Shown: positions 41,896 through 49,699 of the stretch, one piece after another
Layout of the letters: the number at the start of each line of letters is the position of its first letter
Position numbering within the stretch: position 1 is the stretch's first letter
Notes under the pieces: model-generated
The model's database searches: none
Seen by the model: only the letters and a program-made list of their open reading frames with translations
What the model was told of the DNA's origin: nothing
Program-made: the position numbers and the translations under genes
Assembly: GCA_964546795.1 (NCBI GenBank)
Contig: CAZJKG010000002.1
Span: 6,307-70,306 of the forward strand
DNA from: an uncultured Candidatus Saccharibacteria bacterium
GTDB lineage: Bacteria; Patescibacteriota; Minisyncoccia; Phycocordibacterales; Phycocordibacteraceae
Length of the DNA: 64,000 nucleotides
Reading direction: 5' to 3'

Positions 41896-43500
41896 GTGTA
41901 TAGTATTCGGATGACGACCATCAAGGAAATCATTGCCGAGATGGAAGGGCCGTCGCCCGAAGATATTGCATTCGTCGAAAAGGCATACGAGTTCTCCCAG
42001 AAGGCGCATGAGGGCCAAACCCGCTACTCGGGTGAGCCCTATTTCATCCATGCGGCGGCGACTGCGAAGATACTTGCCGAATACGGCATGGACGCAACTA
42101 CCATTGCCGCGGGACTTCTCCACGATGCCGTCGAGGACGGACGCGTCTCGCGCAAAGATATTGAAAAGGAATTCGGGAATGAATTGCTTTTCATCGTTGA
42201 TGGCGTAACTAAACTTGGCACGCATAAATATCGCGGCGCGGAGCGCCATGCGGAGTCGCTGCGGCGACTACTGGTCGCGACCGCAAGCGATATACGCGTA
42301 CTCATCGTGAAGCTTGCTGACCGCTACCACAACATGCAGACCCTGGAGCATGTGCCGGAACACAAGCGCAGTCGCATCGCGCTTGAGACATTGGAGATAT
42401 ATGCCCCTATCGCGGACCGGCTCGGCATGGGAAAGTTGAAGCGCGATCTTGAAGACCTGGCGTTTCCGTACGTCGACCCTGATGCCGCACATCATGCCGT
42501 GGAGGTGCGCACATTGAAAACGGAAGAGACGGAAGAAGGGCTCGCCAAAATTCAAAAAGAGCTTAGTAGTGAACTTGTAAAGAAAGGCCTGACGATGCTT
42601 CACAGCGATATCCGCATGAAAGGACTTTGGAGTTTGCACCAGAAGCTCAAAAGGAAGCGTGACGATATCAACCTCATTTATGACATTGCCGCACTGCGCT
42701 TCGTCGTGCCGACCATCGAGGATTGTTATGCGACTCTCGGCGTAGTACACGCGCTCTACAAACCGCTGCCGGGCGAATTCAAGGATTATATCGCCTTCCC
42801 CAAGCCGAACGGATACCAGTCGCTTCACACGACGGTCGTAACGCCGGAAGCAGGCATCGTCGAGATTCAGATTCGCACAGAGGAAATGCATAAACGCGCA
42901 CAGTTTGGCATCGCGTCGCACATGTCCTATAAGCAACTGGGGAAAGGGATTGAGAAACTCGGAAAGAATGCTCAGAAAAGCAGATTTGCATCGCTTTCTT
43001 TCTCGTGGATCCGCTCGCTCATCCCCTCGCTCATGAAAGTTGCGAAGAAGGAAGGAGAAGTAAAAGGCGTGACCAAAGTGCCGCCGTGGCTCGCCGAGCT
43101 CGCCGAGGCGCATACGGAAGTCGCCGGCTCCAAAGAATTCGTTGAGGGACTCAGGGAGGATTTCTTTTCACATCGAGTATTCGTATTTACTCCCAAAGGA
43201 GATGTTATCGACTTGCCCGCGGAATCAACGCCGATTGATTTTGCCTATGCGATACACAGCGATCTCGGAGACCATATTCAGGGCGCGAAGGTCAACGGAA
43301 AACTTGTTTCTTTTGAAACGGTACTCGGCAACGGCGAGGTGGTTGAAATACTGCGACGTGAGGCCGCGCACCCATCGCTTAAATGGCTTGAGATAGCACG
43401 GACATCGCTCGCCAAACGCCATATCCGCGCGACGCTCGGCATGAGCGACCCAACAAAAGCATCGGGGCGAAGACAGCGGCACTCAAGAAAAGAAAAGTGA
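41896..43500 (+). CDS. rel: Bifunctional (p)ppGpp synthetase/hydrolase, short form (HD + RelA/SpoT synthetase + TGS; no ACT domain)
   Basis: HD motif 'AAGLLHDAVED', synthetase motif 'RFVVPTIEDCYATLGVVHALYKPLPGEFKDYIAFPKPNGYQSLHTTV', TGS 'VFVFTPKGDVIDLPAESTPIDFAYAIHSDLG'. Confidence 0.85.
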   Translation: MYSIRMTTIKEIIAEMEGPSPEDIAFVEKAYEFSQKAHEGQTRYSGEPYFIHAAATAKILAEYGMDATTIAAGLLHDAVEDGRVSRKDIEKEFGNELLFIVDGVTKLGTHKYRGAERHAESLRRLLVATASDIRVLIVKLADRYHNMQTLEHVPEHKRSRIALETLEIYAPIADRLGMGKLKRDLEDLAFPYVDPDAAHHAVEVRTLKTEETEEGLAKIQKELSSELVKKGLTMLHSDIRMKGLWSLHQKLKRKRDDINLIYDIAALRFVVPTIEDCYATLGVVHALYKPLPGEFKDYIAFPKPNGYQSLHTTVVTPEAGIVEIQIRTEEMHKRAQFGIASHMSYKQLGKGIEKLGKNAQKSRFASLSFSWIRSLIPSLMKVAKKEGEVKGVTKVPPWLAELAEAHTEVAGSKEFVEGLREDFFSHRVFVFTPKGDVIDLPAESTPIDFAYAIHSDLGDHIQGAKVNGKLVSFETVLGNGEVVEILRREAAHPSLKWLEIARTSLAKRHIRATLGMSDPTKASGRRQRHSRKEK

Positions 43501-43507
43501 GTATACT

Positions 43508-44515
43508 TTAGACGGTAAAACCGCTAACCGAATACAGTTCGTCATCATTGGATTCCTCGGAAGCAGCTGGAGGAATTGGGTCACTCAAAAGTTGTGTGGT
43601 ATTCGGAAAGACGGGCATAGATGTATTCTTTCCCGAAACGGCTTCTGAGGTCGGAGGATTCGATTCGCGAAGCGCTGAATGTTCCGCGAGCGATGCGGCC
43701 AGATGCAAAAGGTCATCAGGCGAAAAGAAATCAATGACGAGACGACCGCCCTCGGCATTACTCTCAATAATGACGCGCGTGCCGAGTGTCTCGGTCAACG
43801 ACTTCTCGAGTTCAACCATTTCAGGCGTTTTCCGGTGATGGGTCCGCACCCGCTCTTGCGCTATGGACCGTGCGATATGCTCGGCAGCGCGGACCGAAAG
43901 CCGCTTCAAGATAATTTCTTTAAAAAGTGTCTCGCGCTCTTGCGGCCGGCTGTTGAGCGCGAGAAGCGGCCGCGCATGACCCTCGCTCATTTCCTTCCCC
44001 ACGATGGCACCCTGCATGTGCTCGGGCAATGAAAGGAGGCGAAGCGAATTTGAGACATATTCGCGGCTCTTGCCGATCTTCGCCGCGGTCTCGGCATGCG
44101 ATATACCGAATTCGTCAATAAGCTTCTGGAGCGCCTTCGCCCTGTCGATGGCGTTGAGGTCTTCGCGTTGGAGATTTTCTATGATAGCGAGTTCGAGCTT
44201 GGTGAGATTGTTTTCCCCGTGCCGGATAACCACTGGTATCTGAGTGAGGCCAGCGAGTCGACTCGCACGCAAACGCCGCTCGCCGGCTATGAGCTCATAC
44301 ACGCTCTCAAGGCCGCCTTCCGGCTTCTCCACATCGGTACGGCTGACGACAAGCGGCTGCAGCACGCCATACTGGCGGATGCTCTCCGCGAGGGATTTGA
44401 TGCCTTCTTCGTTGAACTCGCGGCGCGGCTGATACGGGTTTGGTTGTATCCGTTCAAGCTCTATCCAAAAGACCGAGTCGTATTTTGTCGGAACGTAGCG
44501 CGCATCATCCTTCAT
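43508..44515 (-). CDS. parB: ParB/Spo0J-family partition protein
   Basis: 'PYQPRREFNEEGIKSLAESIRQYGVLQPLVV...YELIAGERRLRASRLAGL' is the ParB box II/III. The track ORF extends to 44635 over tRNA-Leu, so the real start is the internal 'MKDDARY' at ~44515. Confidence 0.85.
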   Translation of the reverse strand: MKDDARYVPTKYDSVFWIELERIQPNPYQPRREFNEEGIKSLAESIRQYGVLQPLVVSRTDVEKPEGGLESVYELIAGERRLRASRLAGLTQIPVVIRHGENNLTKLELAIIENLQREDLNAIDRAKALQKLIDEFGISHAETAAKIGKSREYVSNSLRLLSLPEHMQGAIVGKEMSEGHARPLLALNSRPQERETLFKEIILKRLSVRAAEHIARSIAQERVRTHHRKTPEMVELEKSLTETLGTRVIIESNAEGGRLVIDFFSPDDLLHLAASLAEHSALRESNPPTSEAVSGKNTSMPVFPNTTQLLSDPIPPAASEESNDDELYSVSGFTV

Positions 44516-44552
44516 GTAAAAGATTTTAGCATATGTTACTCTGCAATCTATT

Positions 44553-44634
44553 GCCGGGGTGGCGGAATTGGTAGACGCAACGGATTCAAGACCCGTCGTC
44601 GTAAGACATGAGAGTTCGATTCTCTCCCCCGGCA
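44553..44634 (+). tRNA. tRNA-Leu (anticodon CAA), long variable arm
   Basis: GCCGGGG-TG-GCGG-AATTGGTAGA-CGCA-ACGGA-TTCAAGA-CCCGT-[CGTCGTAAGACATG]-AGAG-TTCGATT-CTCT-CCCCGGC-A. CCA is not encoded. Confidence 0.8.
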
Positions 44635-44641
44635 CAGGGGT

Positions 44642-44670
44642 TTGACAAATTCAGTATGTTATGCTAATTT
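44642..44670 (+). promoter_or_regulatory. Near-consensus extended -10 sigma-70 promoter (TTGACA–17–TGCTAATTT)
   Basis: It sits directly after tRNA-Leu(CAA). The RBS 'AAAGGAGGTG' and ATG at 44733 follow. Confidence 0.5.
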
Positions 44671-44732
44671 AGCGATAGATGGGAATCTGGATACGCAATT
44701 AATAAAACGTTCCTCAAAAAGGAGGTGAGAAG

Positions 44733-45191
44733 ATGATGACCCAGACGAATCGAGTTGAGTTCGCTCGCCAGAGTTTCGCAGCAAATCGGCGGGTCGCCGA
44801 AGAGAAATTGGCTGAAGCGCGCGAATACATTCAACACCTGCGGGGTTTCCGTCACGACCGGGCGGCCGTAGGTTCGGTGATGCGCTTTATTATGTTCGTG
44901 CCCTATCTGTGGGAGAAACGAAAGATGGTTCTGCTTCTCCAGGAAATTCGCTGGAGGATTCGCTTCTATCGCAGAGTGGAAGCAGACCTCAAACGCGGCG
45001 ATCTCGGCAGTGCTATTGAGGCCCTCTCACTGTTCGCTCCGCGCGAGGAAACGACGACGGAAATTGTCCGTCGCGTGCAGAGCAGTCCCGTGACGGTGTG
45101 GGCAATCCAGCAAAGCCCGACCATCCTGCGTGAGAATATGTTGCGACTGCGCGATGATCTCATCAAGGTTCAGCAAGAGAGGACATGTTAG
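44733..45191 (+). CDS. Hypothetical protein (152 aa)
   Basis: Strong promoter, RBS and terminator. Arg-rich. No recognisable domain. Confidence 0.45.
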   Translation: MMTQTNRVEFARQSFAANRRVAEEKLAEAREYIQHLRGFRHDRAAVGSVMRFIMFVPYLWEKRKMVLLLQEIRWRIRFYRRVEADLKRGDLGSAIEALSLFAPREETTTEIVRRVQSSPVTVWAIQQSPTILRENMLRLRDDLIKVQQERTC

Positions 45192-45226
45192 TCGATACTA
45201 TTCCATTGCCTCTGTGTCGAAAGGAG

Positions 45227-45262
45227 CTTCCGCGCTCGCTTTTGCGCGGAGGTTTCTTTTTT
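45227..45262 (+). terminator. Rho-independent terminator (9-bp stem CUUCCGCGC/GCGCGGAGG followed by a U-tract)
   Basis: Stem, 8-nt loop, then 'TTTCTTTTTTG'. It follows the stop of ORF 44733–45191. Confidence 0.65.
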
Positions 45263-45292
45263 GAAAGATCAAAGGGAAAAATTTTGTTTCTG

Positions 45293-45322
45293 TTGACTTT
45301 TTGCAGGATTTTAGTGTATATT
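45293..45322 (+). promoter_or_regulatory. Putative sigma-70 promoter (TTGACT–18–TATATT)
   Basis: Upstream of ORF 45380; the RBS 'AAAGGAG' is 8 nt before the ATG. Confidence 0.4.
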
Positions 45323-45379
45323 ATTTCCGGAAAACAAATCTGAACGTTGCATAAAAAATCAAATTGAAAGGAGCGATCG

Positions 45380-46081
45380 ATGGAAACGAATGTAATTGCC
45401 AGGTCTTTTGTTAATTTTGTCGCCAGAGGCGACTACCTGAACTGGCGCAGGATTAGTGGATTGTCTGCCGATGAAGTGATGATTCTCTTCAACATCGTCG
45501 CTGCCGCCGGATTCGAACCGAAAAAAGTGATTCGCGGAAAGCTCCTGGGCCACTGTCGTGAGCAGGGCGGCGGCGAAACCGGCGAAACCTACCTGATCAA
45601 CACTTACTGTCAGTACAAGGTTGTCAATCAAGATGGCGACGACCAAGGCGCGACGGGATGGTTGAACTCTGCTTTGCAACTGGCTTTGAGTTCTCTCTAT
45701 CCCCCTAGCACATGGGCGGAGGAGGACGCTATTCGAGCGGTTGAGGGCGAGATAGAGCGGAGCATTCCGCTTGAACCGATCCGCCTCACGGCTGAAGGCG
45801 ACCTGCTGAAGGAGCATCCCCGCCATCGGGAGTATCCTCACTCGGGTAACTACTTCGTAAACCATACCCGAGACGGTCATGAACTCGGATATAGTTCTTC
45901 GGGCGTGGGTATTCACGTTCTCTGTAAGGGTTTAGTGTGTCGGATCCGAGTTTCAGAGACGCATGACGCACTTGTCTGTGGGCCAGGCGGCCTGCGAGTT
46001 CTTTTCCCGAAGAAAATCAAGACCTTCGGAGAACTCCGGAAATTCCTGAAGGAGAATCCTATTCCGGCGGCGGCTGGATGA
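45380..46081 (+). CDS. Hypothetical protein (233 aa)
   Basis: Promoter, RBS and terminator present. No recognisable domain. Confidence 0.45.
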   Translation: METNVIARSFVNFVARGDYLNWRRISGLSADEVMILFNIVAAAGFEPKKVIRGKLLGHCREQGGGETGETYLINTYCQYKVVNQDGDDQGATGWLNSALQLALSSLYPPSTWAEEDAIRAVEGEIERSIPLEPIRLTAEGDLLKEHPRHREYPHSGNYFVNHTRDGHELGYSSSGVGIHVLCKGLVCRIRVSETHDALVCGPGGLRVLFPKKIKTFGELRKFLKENPIPAAAG

Positions 46082-46102
46082 CAGTTCCCCAATGAGCGCT
46101 AA

Positions 46103-46136
46103 GGGGCGGGAAGATACCTTCCCGCCCCCTTTTCAT
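46103..46136. terminator. Bidirectional terminator (11-bp stem GGGGCGGGAAG/CTTCCCGCCCC, loop ATAC)
   Basis: Followed by 'CTTTTCATTT'. It lies between the convergent genes 45380–46081 (+) and the peroxiredoxin (-). Confidence 0.65.
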
Positions 46137-46139
46137 TTA

Positions 46140-46799
46140 TTATAACTTCCCCACCAGATCTAACCCCGGCTCGAGCGTGTCATCGCCCGGCTCCCAGGAA
46201 GCGGGACATACTTTCCCTTTGTGTGTTTCCACATACTGCGCCGCCTGAAGCTTGCGGAGTGTTTCCGAACCTTTGCGTCCTATTGAGTTGTCGTTGATTT
46301 CCATCGCGCGGAGCGTCCCCACAGGGTCAATGATGAACGTACCGCGCAATGCAAGACCCTCGTCCGGAGTGAATATCGTTTCGCCTCCCTCAATGAGCAC
46401 CCCGAATGCATAGGCGAGCTTGCCGGACGGGTCAGCCGCCATCGGATACGATATTTTTTTGATGCCCGGGGAAGCATCGTGCCATGCTTTATGGGTATAG
46501 ACTGTATCAGAAGAGACCGAGATGATCTCGGCATTGAGCGCCTGGAACTTCGGATAGAGTTTAGCGAGCTCTTCAAGTTCAGTCGGACAGACGAAGGTGA
46601 AGTCCGCAGGATAGAAAACGAGGACTACCCACTTTCCACGCAGCTGCGAGAGAGTCATGACTTTAATAACTCCCTCATGGTAGGTTTCGAATTCAAAATC
46701 AGGGGTCGTCGAACCGACTTTTACCTGCGATGTATAATCGTGCGGCGCGTCATGGAATTCGCCGCAGTTCTCGCAATAATTGCTTTTGGTCTCTTTCAT
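46140..46799 (-). CDS. Peroxiredoxin (AhpC/TSA family, typical 2-Cys) with a short N-terminal extension
   Basis: 'GKWVVLVFYPADFTFVCPTELEEL' with peroxidatic Cys and a C-terminal resolving Cys 'GKVCPASW'. The probable start is 'MKETKSNYC' rather than the track start at 46865. Confidence 0.85.
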   Translation of the reverse strand: MKETKSNYCENCGEFHDAPHDYTSQVKVGSTTPDFEFETYHEGVIKVMTLSQLRGKWVVLVFYPADFTFVCPTELEELAKLYPKFQALNAEIISVSSDTVYTHKAWHDASPGIKKISYPMAADPSGKLAYAFGVLIEGGETIFTPDEGLALRGTFIIDPVGTLRAMEINDNSIGRKGSETLRKLQAAQYVETHKGKVCPASWEPGDDTLEPGLDLVGKL

Positions 46800-46882
46800 A
46801 AAATAGGTTGTAGTGAGTAGGTTGTTGGTGGTAGGTAATAAAGAATGCATTTGCCTTTCTACCACCTACTACCTGTTGCTTC

Positions 46883-47758
46883 ATGATACCATCGTGCGCA
46901 ATGGTGAGGCAAATTTTATGCATAATCGGCCCGACCGCCTCCGGGAAATCTTCTCGCGCGGTCGAGGAAGCCCTCGTTCGCAACGGCGAGATTATCTCAG
47001 TTGATTCGCGACAAGTATACCGCGGACTTGATATCGGCACTGAGAAAATTACTCCCGAGAAAATGTGTGGGATTCCTCACCACCTTATTGATATCCGTAA
47101 TCCGAAGGAGAATTATTCCGCCGGAGATTTTGTCGCGGATGCGACTCGCCTCATTAAGGATATTTCGGCTCGTGGGAAGCTCCCCATCCTTGTCGGAGGA
47201 ACGCATTTTTATTTCCACGCGCTTCTCCATGGCCTTCCGATGGGAATCGATGCAAATCCCCTGCTTCGCGAAGAACTTGAAACACTTTCCGCGGAAGAGC
47301 TCTATGCGCGCGTCCGCCTGGCGGACGCGCGCCGGGCTGCGGAATTGGATTCCAAGAATCGCCGCCGACTCATCCGCGCCCTTGAAATCATTGTCTCCCT
47401 TGGCACCGTCCCACCGCGCAGCTTAACTGCAACTTCATTTGGTACAAGGTTGAACCTTGTAAAATATGTTGTTGAATGGATAGTGATTGACCCACCAAAA
47501 GAGGAATTGAGCGCAAGAATAGACGCGCGGTTAGAAAGCGCACTTGCACGCGGACTTATTGATGAGGTACGACGTGTGCGCGAAGCGGTCGGTGATACGC
47601 GACTGAATGAACTGGGGCTTGAATATAAAATAGTGGGCGAGTTTTTGCGCGGAGAACGCACTGAAGCATCGCTTCTTCCGGCTCTCTCGGCAAAACTCTG
47701 GCAGTATGCACGACGCCAAAAGGCGTGGCTACGCAAACTAGGACATCGGATGTCCTAG
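46883..47758 (+). CDS. miaA: tRNA dimethylallyltransferase
   Basis: P-loop 'IIGPTASGKSS' and 'DSRQVYRGLDIGTEKIT...IPHHLIDI'. Confidence 0.85.
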   Translation: MIPSCAMVRQILCIIGPTASGKSSRAVEEALVRNGEIISVDSRQVYRGLDIGTEKITPEKMCGIPHHLIDIRNPKENYSAGDFVADATRLIKDISARGKLPILVGGTHFYFHALLHGLPMGIDANPLLREELETLSAEELYARVRLADARRAAELDSKNRRRLIRALEIIVSLGTVPPRSLTATSFGTRLNLVKYVVEWIVIDPPKEELSARIDARLESALARGLIDEVRRVREAVGDTRLNELGLEYKIVGEFLRGERTEASLLPALSAKLWQYARRQKAWLRKLGHRMS

Positions 47759-49092
47759 TTTGCGTCTTTTATTTTATTATAGTATTGGCTAACCTTAGTA
47801 ACATAATTTCTCGTTTCGATATAACCCGTATTGGGAATAGTGTGTGCCTTATTATCCCATTCGCACTGCCATCTTGAAGAATTGGGGCAATCTCGGCTTG
47901 GTTTATTAGCTCCCGGGCCGCCATTATAGGCGGCGATGATTTTATTTACATCGCCATCATATTTGGCGGACAAATTCTTGAGATAAGCCGTACCGAGTTT
48001 AACATTGTAAACATGATCTGTTAATAATTTTTCTCTAACCTGAGCGTCCGATAAATTCTTCAGTGCTTCTTTATCGACCTCTCGCGCAGTATCAATTCTG
48101 ATCTGCATACGTCCTAAGGACTCTGTACCATCTCTGGCGGTATTAATGATATGATCATCTTTCCTGTTAGATGATTCCGTTTGAATAATAGCTTTCACTA
48201 AATCTGGATCTACGCCATTAATACGTGTTGGTTGCGCAGGTGCGGACGAAGGTGATGGAGTGGGCGATGTCGGGGCCGGTTCCGACGTTTGTTTACTTTG
48301 TTCATCAATTACCTGTTGTACTAAATTACTCGCTTCTGGAGCAATAGGGTCTGTATCTGTATAAGGAGGTTCAGGGGGTTTTTGCTTTAAGCCATCAGTT
48401 TCTGGCACACTTTTGAAAGCAGGTGTGCTAATAGTAACTCCGTCTTCTTTAGTATAACAATTACCATCATCGTCACAAGAAAAACCGTCGAGCGTGGCTA
48501 TTGCCACCGATCTCTGAGCGGGAGTAGCTGGTAAAATCGGTGGTTTTGAAAGTGCTGATGCGGGAGATGATGCGCTTGGTTGCTGTGCAACAGAGAGAGT
48601 CGGCGAGGCGGCTGTAGAAGGCGATGCCGATGAGGAAACCGAACCTTTCTGCTTAAGGCAGGGGTCGCTAGGGTTGCTGATGATGAGCTGCGACCACGTA
48701 GAACCGATGGAACCGGTTGGGTGATACAGGACCGCCATAATCGCATCAACGATGAGCCATCCTGAAAGCGCAATAACGATGCCGACTATTGTGTGGGTAA
48801 GAATACTCTTCGCCTCCTCTCTGCCGCTCGGGTTTACCGGATTCACCACGAAGAGGAACCCGGAATAGGCAATCATCAGTGGCGCGACGAATACGATAGC
48901 GAGCGTGATGAGCAAGCTGATGATGTTGTTGATGACAGTGACGAGCATTCCCCAACCGGCGGGACAAGCCGCATATTGTTCTGGGATAATGGGGCCGAAG
49001 AAAGGTATCCCGCCGGCGTGTGCGGCAAGAGGCACTACAAGTACGGAACTTATTATAAGCAAAGGCGCGAATGCGAGAATTCGAGAACGCAT
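47755..49092 (-). CDS. Pilin-like (TrbC/VirB2-type two-helix) N-terminal domain fused to a lytic transglycosylase (SLT/VirB1-like) domain
   Basis: N-terminus: signal peptide, then 'AACPAGWGMLVTVINNIISLLITLAIVFVAPLMIAYSGFLFVVNP...GREEAKSILTHTIVGIVIALSGWLIVDAIM'. It shares the 'hydrophobic helix – charged loop – WG..G hydrophobic helix' pattern of the pilin-like array at 61.2–63.5 kb. An S/P/T-rich linker follows. C-terminal SLT motifs: 'SLGRMQIRI...', 'GTAYLKNL' and 'AYNGGPGA'. Confidence 0.65.
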   Translation of the reverse strand: MRSRILAFAPLLIISSVLVVPLAAHAGGIPFFGPIIPEQYAACPAGWGMLVTVINNIISLLITLAIVFVAPLMIAYSGFLFVVNPVNPSGREEAKSILTHTIVGIVIALSGWLIVDAIMAVLYHPTGSIGSTWSQLIISNPSDPCLKQKGSVSSSASPSTAASPTLSVAQQPSASSPASALSKPPILPATPAQRSVAIATLDGFSCDDDGNCYTKEDGVTISTPAFKSVPETDGLKQKPPEPPYTDTDPIAPEASNLVQQVIDEQSKQTSEPAPTSPTPSPSSAPAQPTRINGVDPDLVKAIIQTESSNRKDDHIINTARDGTESLGRMQIRIDTAREVDKEALKNLSDAQVREKLLTDHVYNVKLGTAYLKNLSAKYDGDVNKIIAAYNGGPGANKPSRDCPNSSRWQCEWDNKAHTIPNTGYIETRNYVTKVSQYYNKIKDAN

Positions 49093-49260
49093 ACGCTACA
49101 TCATACCGCGTGGCACTCTGAAGCGCTCGGCTTTTCCCCCACCCTTCTATCTGCTATCGTAAATGGGTTCGGAGGCCTATATCAGTTACCTGCACTGATA
49201 TATACCCTTCGTTCGGCGACAGCGAATGATTACAAACACTCATTCGCTCTGTCTCACTCA

Positions 49261-49334
49261 GGGCCTATAGTTTAGTGGTAAAACAGTGGTCTCCAAAACC
49301 ACCGTCCCAGGTTCGAGTCCTGGTGGGCCCGCCA
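49261..49334 (+). tRNA. tRNA-Trp (anticodon CCA), CCA encoded
   Basis: GGGCCTA-TA-GTTT-AGTGGTA-AAAC-A-GTGGT-CTCCAAA-ACCAC-CGTC-CCAGG-TTCGAGT-CCTGG-TGGGCCC-G-CCA. Confidence 0.85.
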
Positions 49335-49699
49335 TAACAAAAACCGCTCTTTCAGGCAGATTTTGATTTTATCTCTTCGCTTCTTTGAAGATAACTCGTT
49401 TGCGCAGGGTTGGATCGAACTTAGAGAGCTCAATTTTTCGTTCAGTTGACTTCTTATTCTTGCGAGTCCAGATGACGTGGTTGGACTTCGTGGATTTGAG
49501 CCGAAGCAGGCGGTCTTGTGACATATGCAAAGAATCTAACAGAGTAAGCAGATTTTCGCAATGGAGTGAGCTGTCCCTTCTTCATCCCAGCCGCAACTTC
49601 GCGGAACAAGTTCGGGGCGGCGCACTCGCTTCGCTCGGCCTATTCCGGCTCTGCGCCGCGAGTATTATGCGAAACTGCCTTGTATAAAAACGATGTCAA

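Noticed and set aside
44516-44635. N-terminal extension of the ParB ORF ('MPGERIELSCLTTTG...')
   Set aside because: The extension is the reverse-complement reading of tRNA-Leu(CAA) and starts at a non-ATG codon. The real start is the internal ATG 'MKDDARY'.
49385-49687. 100-aa ORF downstream of tRNA-Trp
   Set aside because: TTG start, no RBS, Arg/Ser-rich composition typical of random frames in GC-rich DNA. Probably non-coding spacer before clpB.
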